A stretch of 64,000 nt of DNA from Marsupella aquatica (taxonomy: Eukaryota; Plantae; Marchantiophyta). A model generated the notes under the pieces. The model saw only the letters and a list, made by a program, of their open reading frames with translations. It had not been told where the DNA came from and did no database searches. The position numbers and the translations under genes are program-made. Within the stretch, counting starts at the first letter, position 1. Each line of letters opens with the position of its first letter. Shown here in pieces: positions 63,684 to 64,000 of this stretch. Location of the stretch: contig OZ316892.1 of NCBI GenBank assembly GCA_973895155.1, forward strand, positions 16,046,257-16,110,256, given 5' to 3'.

Positions 63684-64000
63684 GTTTTCCAAAAATGCAA
63701 TGCTCATAGAAATCCAATTTACAAGACTGCAAATTAGAAATGAGCTCATTCTTCCGCAAGATAGCCAAACCCTTCTCACTCATGTGGCCTAGCCGTGAAT
63801 GCCATAGCTGAGTCATTTCCTTGTGAGACTTGGTTACATTGGCCTCTCCACATACTGTATTGCCCTGCAGCACATACAAATTGTTTTGTCTGCTCCCCTT
63901 CAAAATCACTGTTTCTCCCTACATGACTTGAAGTTCACCATCAATTACTCGCCATTGATGATCATTTGTATCCAACACACCAAGTGAAATCAAATTCTTA
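63684..64000 (-). pseudogene. Ty1/copia pol fragment (post-protease and GAG-pre-integrase region)
   Basis: NLISLGVLD...LKGSRQNNLYVLQG...QLWHSRLGHMSEKGL...HCIFGKQ on the minus strand. Confidence 0.85.

Noticed and set aside
237-63909. Many short ORFs in the supplied track
   Set aside because: They are antisense or alternate-frame shadows of real genes, intron read-throughs or products of tandem repeats.

Overview
Repeat-dense eukaryotic genomic DNA, most likely from a non-seed land plant (inferred from the gene and transposon repertoire). One intact host gene, a roughly 24-exon VPS18 (38401-47689, +), sits among transposable elements. (1) A >14 kb CACTA/EnSpm element (right TIR ends at 14003; the other end is off-window) carries, besides its transposase and ORF2, a stand-alone EDM2-type composite PHD ORF, a tandem Pol-lambda-like BRCT ORF, a decayed Cys-rich ORF and an RPL18a exon. 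(2) An ~11.3 kb Mutator-like element (about 16101-27390) encodes a GCM-like/DDE/SWIM transposase and a divergent three-exon ~1120-codon ParB-like plus beta-class amino-DNA-methyltransferase-like gene. Its non-coding DNA holds 16 copies of the palindrome (CT)AGCGCCNGGCGCT(AG). A related truncated copy and a related MITE carry one further copy each. (3) A 4.4 kb PIF/Harbinger-superfamily element with 19-bp TIRs and an AAT TSD. (4) A decayed coiled-coil/plant-mobile-domain-like ORF, copia fragments, and two nearly identical head-to-tail LINEs, the second with a 181-bp 5' monomer array. The best candidates for new biology are the MULE-borne ParB-MTase with its palindrome array and the CACTA-borne EDM2-PHD/BRCT accessory genes. 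All homology calls come from reading motifs by eye; no searches were run.
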